A DNA stretch of 64,000 nt, from the NCBI GenBank assembly GCA_965223325.1, contig CBDCWI010000001.1, positions 1 to 64,000 of the forward strand, in the 5' to 3' direction. This DNA is from Candidatus Multivoradales bacterium. Its GTDB lineage: Bacteria > Acidobacteriota > Thermoanaerobaculia > Multivoradales > Multivoraceae. The position numbers were made by a program, and so were the translations under genes. Within the stretch, counting starts at the first letter, position 1. Each line of letters starts with the position of its first letter. This document shows, piece by piece, positions 8,467 to 16,314 of the stretch. Below the pieces are notes generated by a model. That model worked only from the letters and a program-made list of their open reading frames with translations, was not told the origin of the DNA and ran no database searches.

Positions 8467-9497
8467 ATCCGGTCCCTCACAAGGTGCGCGTAGCGCATGG
8501 TCGACTGGAGACTCTTGTGCCCCAGGACCTGCCCGATCTCGATCAGCGTCGCACCGCGCTCCGCGAGGCGAGACGCGCAGGTGTGCCGCAGATCGTGGAA
8601 GCGAAACGAGGCCTCGATTCCTGCCCGTACCTTCGCCGAGTTCCACGCCTTGCGCGGAAAGTGGCAGTGCCCACGCTCTTCGAAAACGAAATCGTCAGGA
8701 GCGAGCGCCATGTCGCTGCACCAATCGTCCATCACGGAGATGGCGAGCTCGGAGAGCCCGACGCTGCGGTGAGTCTTGTTCTTGGTCTGCATGAGGTAGA
8801 CGATCCTAGATTCGAGGTCGAGATCGCGCCGCAGAAGGCCAAGCAGCTTCCCCTCTCGAGCCCCGGTGCAGATCCCGAGAACGACCAGCGGATAGAGGCG
8901 CGGCGAGCATCGTGCGGGCTTCTCTGGCCGGCACGCGGCCAGGAGGGCCGCCACCTCGTCATCGGTGAGAAACCGATCTCGCCCGGGGGCGAGCTTCCCG
9001 ATGGCCAGGCTCTCGATCGGACTCCGTTCCACGAATCGCTCGCTGGCCGCGAAGGCGAACGAGCGCTTGAGAACACGCAGGTAGTGAATGCGGGTGTTCG
9101 GCGCCTGCCTACCTCGAGCGCCAGGACGGTCAGGCCGGCGTGCGGCAATCCGCTCCCATGCGTCGCGCACCATCTGCGGCGTGAGGAGCGGCACGGGCAG
9201 CGTCCCGAGCTCCGAGCGCCACTCCGCCAGGCGCTGTCGGCAGTCCCGTGCGTAAGCGTCCGACCGACCCTCCAGACCACTGGCCAGGAAGTGATCGAAG
9301 ACGTCAGCCACCTTGAGCTGGCCGGCGACGATCCCAGAGACATCGCCGAGCCGGATCTTCGTCTCGGTAGCCGTCGCCCAGGCCTCCCCGTCCCTCTTTC
9401 GCTGGAAGGTTTCGGACAGGTCGACACCCTTCATCCGGATGCGAAAGCGGTGCGAGACGCTGCCATTCTTGGCGACTCGGCGGGCATAGCTGGCCAT
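8433..9497 (-). CDS. int: Tyrosine integrase
   Basis: TGAR, TKN, FHDLRH, LGHKS..TMRY catalytic motifs; adjacent to att. Confidence 0.95.
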   Translation of the reverse strand: MASYARRVAKNGSVSHRFRIRMKGVDLSETFQRKRDGEAWATATETKIRLGDVSGIVAGQLKVADVFDHFLASGLEGRSDAYARDCRQRLAEWRSELGTLPVPLLTPQMVRDAWERIAARRPDRPGARGRQAPNTRIHYLRVLKRSFAFAASERFVERSPIESLAIGKLAPGRDRFLTDDEVAALLAACRPEKPARCSPRLYPLVVLGICTGAREGKLLGLLRRDLDLESRIVYLMQTKNKTHRSVGLSELAISVMDDWCSDMALAPDDFVFEERGHCHFPRKAWNSAKVRAGIEASFRFHDLRHTCASRLAERGATLIEIGQVLGHKSLQSTMRYAHLVRDRIHDLARDAAPH

Positions 9498-9522
9498 CGT
9501 TCCCCCCAAAACTATTATCTGC

Positions 9523-9779
9523 AGTGGCCCATATTGGCCCACGCGGTGTTTTGGGAGTCTAGCCGATCTTTCGAAGTTGCCGTCTTTTCTGGTGCGCCCG
9601 GCAGGATTCGAACCTGCGACCTACGGTTTAGGAAAGCGAAAGTCGGCCGCGCATCGACGCCGGTAAATACGTTAACCGCCGCAAACCCTAGCAAAATCAG
9701 GGGCCTCCAGATAGGTCGAATGGCGGCTATTGGCGCTCAAGGCGACCCCCGCGGGCAGGAGTGGCCCACCAGTGGCCCA
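9523..9779. promoter_or_regulatory. Integrase arm-type sites flanking the core
   Basis: A(G/T)TGGCCCA tandem pairs at 9523/9533 and 9760/9771. Confidence 0.65.
9590..9635 (-). mobile_element. attP-type core (46-bp copy of the tRNA-Arg 3' half)
   Basis: TGGTGCGCCC...GGTTTAGGAAA identical to 56299-56344, with phage DNA on both sides. Confidence 0.92.
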
Positions 9780-9793
9780 CGGGTGTCGCGATT

Positions 9794-10189
9794 GTGAGTT
9801 GCTCCCACCTGCCCGGTGTCGAGTGCGACAACTGCCGGCACCTCCACTCGTCTCCGCGACGGCCGGTGGCGGCGCTACCACCAGACTGGCCGGCTGGGGT
9901 GAGCATCACCGTGTTCCTAGAGTACCTGCGCGAGGCCGTACTGGACACTGACGAATGGGGTCGTGTCGATAGCTGCCGGTGGCCCGACTGCGGATTCCGA
10001 CGGCAAGGTCCAGGGCCGGAACCCGCCATCGTCCGCGAACACTCCGTCGTCTGCCCGCTCCACCCCAACAACGGGGGTGACGGCCTAGAACGACACACAA
10101 GCAGCCAGCTTGAGACCCAGGCGGCCGCCGGCGGGGCACCCTCCGCCGAAGCCGGTGGCCGTCTGGACTCATCTGGGGGTGAGTCGTGA
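9794..10189 (+). CDS. Cys/His-rich hypothetical protein
   Basis: GTG start; CxxC and CRWPDC..H...CP.H; GTGA overlap with the next gene. Confidence 0.55.
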   Translation: MSCSHLPGVECDNCRHLHSSPRRPVAALPPDWPAGVSITVFLEYLREAVLDTDEWGRVDSCRWPDCGFRRQGPGPEPAIVREHSVVCPLHPNNGGDGLERHTSSQLETQAAAGGAPSAEAGGRLDSSGGES

Positions 10190-10404
10190 GCGCTAGCAAG
10201 GACCGCATCCTCGCCAGGGAGCGACTTGCGAGGCGCCTGGAGGCCGCGGGAAGAAGACTCTATGCCGCCGAGATGTGGCGCGTAGCAGCCCAAGACTGGG
10301 AAAGGCTTCACGATCCGCTGCGGGCCAGAGCATGCCAAGAGCGATACGAGCGCCTCTACCGGGAACAGGCCACCACCACCACCAGGGTTCGACTGTGGCG
10401 CTAA
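10186..10404 (+). CDS. Small helical hypothetical protein
   Basis: Coupled in the operon. Confidence 0.55.
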   Translation: MSASKDRILARERLARRLEAAGRRLYAAEMWRVAAQDWERLHDPLRARACQERYERLYREQATTTTRVRLWR

Positions 10405-11681
10405 GCCCCGAACAACGCCGGCGGCTCGCGATCGCTATGGCCAACCACGACGCCCAGGGCGTGGTTCGCCACGGGCAGAACGAAGAGGCTCTCGGCGTAG
10501 CGGTCGGCTGTCGGCTTCTAGGCGACGACATTCCGAAGCCGATCTGGGAGAAGGTCCTGAGAATCGCCGCCCGATTCCGCGCGAAGCTCGACGACGGCGA
10601 ACCACTGATCGGCGGCGGGCGGTCCGACAACTGGGCCGCCATGTTGGCGGCTCTTTTCCCCGACCTGTGCGACGTCCTGATCAGGGACGAGCAGGTTGTC
10701 GGCTGGCACGGGGGCGAGCTGGGCAACCGAGGCAACTACGGGGTCTGGTCGGCAGTCGCGTGGCTCTGCGTGCTCCTCTACTCGGGCAATGCGGGGCACC
10801 GCGCCTATGCCCGGGCCTGGCTGCGGCGATGGTCGATTCTCCACGGGCTCAACACCTTCCCCTGGCTGGACTCCAGCGAAGACGCGAAGCGAGCACCCAA
10901 GGTCGGCCAACGGTGGTGGACGGCATCCGCCGGGTTCCGGACCAAGTGGGGCGTGAGCACGGGATGGGCTCCAGTCACGAGCCTGGTCGAGAACCTCGCC
11001 GGCCTCGAGCTACTGCGCAAGAGCAAGGCGGTACCTGATCCGATCTTGCCCGCCGGCGAGATGGACCCAGACCGCGGATGGACCATCCCCGGGGTCGAGT
11101 GGCTCCTCGAGCACCGAGCCCACTTCGCCGGCCCCCGGATGGAAGAAGCGCTGCGCCAGGCGGTTGTTCACGGCCGGCCCGAAGCAGCGGTGGAACTCTG
11201 GAACGAACTCCCGCCGGCGAAGCTGATCACCGAGCTGCACGTTCGAAGAACTGCATCTTGGGGCGTCAGCTGGATGTCTCGCGGCTGGCACGACGCCGCA
11301 GAGATCGTCGCGATCGAGAAGGACGGCGGATCGACTTTCATCAAGGCCGCAAGCCCCGGGAGGCCCACGAAGGCCCGGGGCGAGGTGTCGGTCATGGAGA
11401 CGCGACGAACGCTGCGCGCATCGCCACACAACATCGAGCTCCCTGAGCGCACGTGGAGCCTCGGCCGAGAGACGCCCAGCGAGTACCACCTGCACTGGCG
11501 ACACCACGGGCAGCTACGCCTGCTCCGAAACAGTGCGCCGGCACCCATGCCCGAGCCCAGCGGGCCGGTCCGCCATGACAACAGCGACGACGACCTCGAG
11601 AAGGGGCTGGTCGCTGCCGCGGTCGCCGGCCTGGTCGGCTGGTTGGTGAGCTGGTGGCGGAAGAGGAAAGCGCGACGATGA
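10395..11681 (+). CDS. Hypothetical protein with C-terminal TM anchor and basic tail
   Basis: Long ORF ending GLVAAAVAGLVGWLVSWWRKRKARR; ATGA overlap with the next gene. Confidence 0.7.
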   Translation: MALSPEQRRRLAIAMANHDAQGVVRHGQNEEALGVAVGCRLLGDDIPKPIWEKVLRIAARFRAKLDDGEPLIGGGRSDNWAAMLAALFPDLCDVLIRDEQVVGWHGGELGNRGNYGVWSAVAWLCVLLYSGNAGHRAYARAWLRRWSILHGLNTFPWLDSSEDAKRAPKVGQRWWTASAGFRTKWGVSTGWAPVTSLVENLAGLELLRKSKAVPDPILPAGEMDPDRGWTIPGVEWLLEHRAHFAGPRMEEALRQAVVHGRPEAAVELWNELPPAKLITELHVRRTASWGVSWMSRGWHDAAEIVAIEKDGGSTFIKAASPGRPTKARGEVSVMETRRTLRASPHNIELPERTWSLGRETPSEYHLHWRHHGQLRLLRNSAPAPMPEPSGPVRHDNSDDDLEKGLVAAAVAGLVGWLVSWWRKRKARR

Positions 11682-12283
11682 GTAGCAACCGCCTCGAGGA
11701 GATCTTCGACCAGATCGGTATGCCACCCGAGCTAATCGCGCAGGCCTGTGAAGAGTTCGACGCGATTGAGCGAAGCGTGAGGCCGGGCGGTTTGATGGAA
11801 ATGGCAGCAACGTACGATCTCCACCCGCGGCGTTGCGCACTCATCCTCAGACGCGTCTCGCAAAGAACGTTCGAGCACAAGGGCCACTGGCTGACGACGT
11901 ACGCACTGTGCGGCCCTTCTTCGCCGCGCATAAGCGTCGGCCGAGGAAAGCACAGGCCGACCCAGTACTCCCTGACGCGGATGATGCACGTGGCCCTGAA
12001 AGAGACCGTGCCCAAGGGCAAATATCTCGTCCAAGCTTGCGGCACCCGAGGCTGCATCAAACCAGACCACTATGAAGTGCTTGACCACCAGCGGCGACAT
12101 CGTCGCCTGGCTCGTCACAGCAAGCCCAAGCGGCGCAGGCTTACGAACCAACAAGCTCGAGACGTTCACCAAATGTCTCGGGACGGCTGGAAGCCCTGGG
12201 CCATCGCGCGTCGCCTCGACGTAGGCGACAGTACCGTGCGGGCGATCCTCGCTGGACGCACTTACTGCGATGCCGTCTCGTGA
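11678..12283 (+). CDS. Degenerate HNH_3-like domain plus C-terminal HTH
   Basis: LVQACGTRGCIKPDHY, then LTNQQARDV..AIARRLDVGDSTVRAILAGRTY. Confidence 0.7.
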   Translation: MSSNRLEEIFDQIGMPPELIAQACEEFDAIERSVRPGGLMEMAATYDLHPRRCALILRRVSQRTFEHKGHWLTTYALCGPSSPRISVGRGKHRPTQYSLTRMMHVALKETVPKGKYLVQACGTRGCIKPDHYEVLDHQRRHRRLARHSKPKRRRLTNQQARDVHQMSRDGWKPWAIARRLDVGDSTVRAILAGRTYCDAVS

Positions 12284-12794
12284 CGGCACGGCGCCGAAAT
12301 GGACCGAGGAGCAGTTGCTTGAGCTGCGGAGGCTGTGGGTCTTTCAGTCTCGAGACATGCGCTTTGTTACCCGCGCCTTGGGCCGAACGATGCACGAGAT
12401 CTTCGAGGGGCTCGACCTGGTCGACGAAACGCCACCCTGGTCGTACTACCTGCCTGGCGGCGACCCTGGGTTGCCGACGCTCGATGAGTTCATCGCCGAG
12501 CGCGAGAGATGGCAGCGCCGCGCCGTTCTCGTTGGCGTGGTGGATGGACGGCGCCTGGAACAGCTTTGGCTCGACCTGTCGAGTATCTCCGAGCAGGTGT
12601 CGAGTGACGAGGACTGGGCGGAGATCGTCGTGCAGGAGCACATGGCGTGGCGAGCCCGTTGCGACAAAGAGGACGACGAGCGCCTCGCGCACTACCGCGA
12701 GACCGTGCGCCGAGAGCACGAAAGGCGAAAGGCTGACTTCTTCGCGCGGCTTGCAGCCAAGAGAGCTGCCGAGGACCAAAATGAGGGGGTCTGA
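12270..12794 (+). CDS. Protein with GcrA/Myb-like N-terminal HTH
   Basis: KWTEEQLLELRRLW..VTRALGRT. Confidence 0.6.
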   Translation: MPSRDGTAPKWTEEQLLELRRLWVFQSRDMRFVTRALGRTMHEIFEGLDLVDETPPWSYYLPGGDPGLPTLDEFIAERERWQRRAVLVGVVDGRRLEQLWLDLSSISEQVSSDEDWAEIVVQEHMAWRARCDKEDDERLAHYRETVRREHERRKADFFARLAAKRAAEDQNEGV

Positions 12795-12797
12795 TTG

Positions 12798-13148
12798 ATG
12801 CACATCAAAGCCGGCGAGAGCGTGCTCGCCGCCCTCGGAACCGCCGGCATCATCGGAGGCCTGGCAGTTGCGACGCTGCTACCGCGAAGCGGCGCCGCCG
12901 AGTGGAAGCGCCAGTCGAACGAGTCATGCGCAGAGTACGGACAGCGCGTCAACGCCGACAACTATGCCCTCTGGCGAGAGTTCTCGAGTGTGCGCAGCCC
13001 TCGGGGGCCCATGGTCCTGCGGAGGTACTGGGTAGAGCGCCAGCACGGGTGCCGTCCCGCTTTCCCGGCCTGGAAGGAGGCGCCGGCGGATAGTGGCTTG
13101 TTGTTCAGGGACGGGTTCGAGGCCGGCGACGTATCCCGGTGGTCCTAG
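12798..13148 (+). CDS. Small exported or anchored protein with C-terminal LFRDGFEAGDVSRWS motif
   Basis: N-terminal hydrophobic helix, 2 Cys, FxDGFE tail; GAGGGGG RBS. Confidence 0.7.
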   Translation: MHIKAGESVLAALGTAGIIGGLAVATLLPRSGAAEWKRQSNESCAEYGQRVNADNYALWREFSSVRSPRGPMVLRRYWVERQHGCRPAFPAWKEAPADSGLLFRDGFEAGDVSRWS

Positions 13149-13159
13149 AGGTTTGGGCA

Positions 13160-13233
13160 CAGCGGCCCGGGTCGGGTTTCCCTCCAACTACCCGTGCGAG
13201 CAGACTGCTCCGCCGGGTCGCTGACTTTTTCTT
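13160..13233 (+). terminator. Branched hairpin plus U-tract between convergent operons
   Basis: CAGCGGCCCGG...CCGGGTCGCTG stem with inner hairpins, followed by ACTTTTTCTT. Confidence 0.5.
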
Positions 13234-13293
13234 CCACCACCTCGAAAACCGCCGTGAATCTTCTCCCGATACCCTAGGGTAAACGGGATAAAT

Positions 13294-13665
13294 TCAGGGG
13301 CAGTTTTCGCACCCTGGAGGCGCCGGCGGTAGATCGGCCATGTCGAGGGCGCCGAGCTTCTGTTGTTCCTGGTAGACACGCCGGACAAGCTCCGTCACGG
13401 CGGAAATCTCCTCGCGGCGAATCCATTTCCAACGCCGGCGGCGCCACCAGCCGCCACGGGTTGGGAGCTCGTAGAGTTCGCCTACGACCCACGCGGCCCT
13501 CGAGGTTCCGGGCAGGTCGGTCATCCGCCTGGCGCGGAGCACCAGGTCCCACACCATCCACGAGATTCGGGCGTGACGTTTCTTGCCGCGTTGCGAGAGC
13601 ACGGCCGGCACGACCTCGGCAGCGATCCTGCCCAGGATCGTGCCGACCACTGCCCCGCTGGCCAC
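13294..13665 (-). CDS. Basic lysis-module protein (holin- or disruptin-like?)
   Basis: Last gene of the late operon after the endolysin; amphipathic N-terminus, WWRRRRWKW. Confidence 0.5.
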   Translation of the reverse strand: MASGAVVGTILGRIAAEVVPAVLSQRGKKRHARISWMVWDLVLRARRMTDLPGTSRAAWVVGELYELPTRGGWWRRRRWKWIRREEISAVTELVRRVYQEQQKLGALDMADLPPAPPGCENCP

Positions 13666-13666
13666 T

Positions 13667-13870
13667 TTAGACCCCGCCTTCGCTTTCGCTTTCGGCCCAG
13701 TCGGCGAGCCGGGAGCCGACGGCCGCCATCAGCTTGCCGGCCTCCTGGATGATCTTCTTGTCGGGCACGACCATCTCCATCTGCGCGTCAAACGCAATCG
13801 AACCCACCTCGAAATACTCGCGCACCTGGCGGATGCGCTCCGCGGCCTTGGCGTCGTCTAGATCAGGCAT
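13667..13870 (-). CDS. Small hypothetical protein
   Basis: AGGAGG RBS; overlaps the endolysin stop. Confidence 0.6.
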   Translation of the reverse strand: MPDLDDAKAAERIRQVREYFEVGSIAFDAQMEMVVPDKKIIQEAGKLMAAVGSRLADWAESESEGGV

Positions 13871-14339
13871 GTTGCTGACCTCCTGTGTGTTGCGGGGCAG
13901 GGAGCCCCATGTGTAGCGCCACGAGGGCGCGGAAATCCGACATCGGAAACTCGTGGCCGGGGCAGGCCGTTGCCTTGAAGTTCCGGTGGGGCTCGATGTC
14001 GCGAGGCTCGAAGCCGCAGATCATCGCCATGCCGGCAGCCCACCGGGCGCCTTCGACCAGGGCGTCGTTCGCCGGCTCGTGATCGCTGAAGTCGCCGACA
14101 AACGCGAGACCCAGGTGAGTGCGATTAGCGAGGGGTTCGTGGGCACCGTTCTCGTAGAGTGGACGCCCAGCGATCACCACGTAGTCCCGGCCGACACGCT
14201 CGACGATCGCGTGGTAGGAGATGTTTCTCCAACCGCGGCCCTCCATGTGCCATCGCTTGATCGAGGGCATCTCCATCGTGATCAAGTCGGGCCCCGCGGT
14301 GTGGTGCACAACGATCCCCTGCCACTGTCGGCGTATCAC
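13863..14339 (-). CDS. Endolysin, N-acetylmuramoyl-L-alanine amidase (Amidase_2/T7-lysozyme type)
   Basis: IVVHHTAG, GWRNISYH, GAH, PHRNFKATACPG Zn-binding motifs. Confidence 0.92.
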   Translation of the reverse strand: MIRRQWQGIVVHHTAGPDLITMEMPSIKRWHMEGRGWRNISYHAIVERVGRDYVVIAGRPLYENGAHEPLANRTHLGLAFVGDFSDHEPANDALVEGARWAAGMAMICGFEPRDIEPHRNFKATACPGHEFPMSDFRALVALHMGLPAPQHTGGQQHA

Positions 14340-14764
14340 CTCGCATGCTCCCGGCGATCGATCGACTCGCGCAGCGCAACGAGTTCGTTCAGGACGCGAG
14401 ACAGGTCCTGATTCATCGCGTCAACGACCTGCCTGGTGTCGGCGTGTGACGCCAGAATGCGGTCCGACTTGGCTGAGATTTCAGCCACCTTCTGCCGGTC
14501 GTACTGGGTGTTGTGCCAGTTCATCGCCGTTGGCTCGTTGGGGTCGGCGATGTTGTGCCAGGCGTGCAGGTCGTTGACCTCCGAGCGGATCTCCTTCACC
14601 TCCGACGTCATGGTCTTGAGGAGGTCGACGAGTGTCGTGAGGGGGTCGTCCTTCTTGCCCTGGCGCACCGCCCAGGCGTTCCAGATTTCGACGACCAGCT
14701 TGAGCAGCCCAAGGAAAGCAAGGAAGATGACGCCGATCTCGGTCGGTTGATACTGGAAGTCCAT
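14336..14764 (-). CDS. Putative holin (1 N-terminal TM plus coiled coil)
   Basis: AAGGA RBS; TM IGVIFLAFLGLLKLVV; immediately upstream of the endolysin. Confidence 0.55.
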   Translation of the reverse strand: MDFQYQPTEIGVIFLAFLGLLKLVVEIWNAWAVRQGKKDDPLTTLVDLLKTMTSEVKEIRSEVNDLHAWHNIADPNEPTAMNWHNTQYDRQKVAEISAKSDRILASHADTRQVVDAMNQDLSRVLNELVALRESIDRREHAR

Positions 14765-14799
14765 GTCGCGGGGTCCTTTAGAAGAAGAGGAATCAGGTA

Positions 14800-16311
14800 T
14801 CAGGTAAGGATCGGGCTATCGCCCTCGGTCAGAAGCGGGGAACCGGACTCGGAGAGAAGCGCGCCGACGATGGCGGACTCAGTCCCGGCAATCTGCTCGG
14901 AGAGCAGTTGGACGTTGATCTCCTCAACGCTGAATCGAGAAGTCCAGATACCCAGGGCATTGGGGGTCAGCGGAATGACCGACGGTCTGCCTAGGATGCG
15001 CCCGTAGACCGCCTCGTATCCGTAGACATCGGGATCGCTCGAGGAGGGGACGACAACGACCTCTCCGTGGTTGCCCGCTCGAGCGAATAGGTCGAGCAAC
15101 TCGTGAGCCCCTGCCCGCGCGAGACCAGGCAGGCGGAACTTCCACCCACGACGCCGGCGCCGATTGTCGGCGAAGTAGTCGCCTCCAATGGAGTGCGCGC
15201 CTGGCGACGGATCGTCAACGTTGAGCGGCTGGCCGAGAGAAAAGGACATCGCAGGGACTACCCCATCGCCAACGATTAGGCGTCCGAGGTCCACGAACCC
15301 CGCCACGTTGCTCGGGTCCCAGAACCGCACTTCGAGCACCTGGACGGTTGAGTCCAGGACCAGTGGCGTGTCGAGCACGTGGACGAAGTTTCGCCCGAAG
15401 GGCCAGAGGTCGACGTCCTCGGCGGCGGACGGGTACACGTCGAGCCAGCCGGAGTCGTAGTCGTAGTCGTCCAGGTCGGCGTACCACATGGCAGCCATCA
15501 GAGTTCCCGTCAGAGTGGACCCACCATCTGGCACGCACCGAATCCGTAGCTCGACGTTCGCGCCCTCCGCGTTGGAAAGGAGCGTGGCATCGAAGAAGAA
15601 GCTCCGGGCCTCACCGCCGTCGACCGCGGCGGCTGTCAGCGACCAGGCGGTTTCAAGTGCCGAGACCAGAGACCCGGACTCCCAGAGCTCGATCTCCACG
15701 GTCGCCGAGTCTCCGCTGTCAGCCTGGGCGACGCCGGTCCCATCGTCGAGCCCGACCAGGACGCGGAACTGTTGGAGGTTCGCGCCGCTGAGAAGGTCCG
15801 TTCCGCTTGCTGGCGTGCCGAAACCCAGGCGGACATCTGTCGTCGACGTGGCGGTGGAGGGAGCAAGGAGATCCGCTCCCGGGTCGTCTGGATCGTCGTC
15901 GACGCTGTTGACACTCGGCGACGAGTACCCGGAGTTGGCCTCGAGGCTGGTGGGCTTCTCCTGACGGAGCGGATACGTCGCCTCGCCGGCGGTCTCGGCA
16001 GAGGCGACGGTAACCCGAGCCTTCGCACCAGGTGAGAGCGTGTGGCCGACCAGGGCGAGGCCGCGTACGGTTCGTCCCGCGTTCGCCCCGCCGAACTCGA
16101 TCGAGGCGAAGGTCTTGGCTCTGTCGGCAGAAAGAACGCGATACACGTCCGACAACCGCCGCTCTTGAAGGTGTGTGAGAGGGAGACGAGACGACGTGAA
16201 CGCTGAAGTCACGAACCAGTGAGGGTGGGAGTCCGGCCCGACCAGCAACGGATCGGAACCCCCAATGTCGCCGGCAAGGTCGACGAGGTTTCGCTTCGGA
16301 AAGATCAGCAT
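14800..16311 (-). CDS. Tail tip/distal tail protein with inserted beta-sandwich domain
   Basis: GLALVGHTLS..YDSGWLDV..DPSN..GFVDLGRL pattern of GTA/siphophage tail proteins; C-terminal LLSESGSPLLTEG. Confidence 0.7.
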   Translation of the reverse strand: MLIFPKRNLVDLAGDIGGSDPLLVGPDSHPHWFVTSAFTSSRLPLTHLQERRLSDVYRVLSADRAKTFASIEFGGANAGRTVRGLALVGHTLSPGAKARVTVASAETAGEATYPLRQEKPTSLEANSGYSSPSVNSVDDDPDDPGADLLAPSTATSTTDVRLGFGTPASGTDLLSGANLQQFRVLVGLDDGTGVAQADSGDSATVEIELWESGSLVSALETAWSLTAAAVDGGEARSFFFDATLLSNAEGANVELRIRCVPDGGSTLTGTLMAAMWYADLDDYDYDSGWLDVYPSAAEDVDLWPFGRNFVHVLDTPLVLDSTVQVLEVRFWDPSNVAGFVDLGRLIVGDGVVPAMSFSLGQPLNVDDPSPGAHSIGGDYFADNRRRRRGWKFRLPGLARAGAHELLDLFARAGNHGEVVVVPSSSDPDVYGYEAVYGRILGRPSVIPLTPNALGIWTSRFSVEEINVQLLSEQIAGTESAIVGALLSESGSPLLTEGDSPILT

Positions 16312-16314
16312 CCT

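Larger units (their letters stand above)
1..9635. repeat. Direct repeat copy 1 of the phage cos-to-att segment (same as 46710-56344)
   Basis: Sequence and every ORF in the track recur at an offset of +46709; identity ends right after ...GGTTTAGGAAA of the att core. Confidence 0.97.

Noticed and set aside
9590-9635. Second tRNA-Arg gene
   Set aside because: Only the 3' 46 nt are present; it is the att core.
8409-9797. 462-aa plus-strand ORF whose C-terminus changes across att (439 aa at 55118-56437)
   Set aside because: It lies antisense to the integrase with typical shadow composition; there is no evidence for an integration-switched protein.
13149-13293. C4-like antisense RNA or riboswitch
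   Set aside because: A branched hairpin is visible, but I could not match diagnostic motifs; kept only as a terminator candidate.
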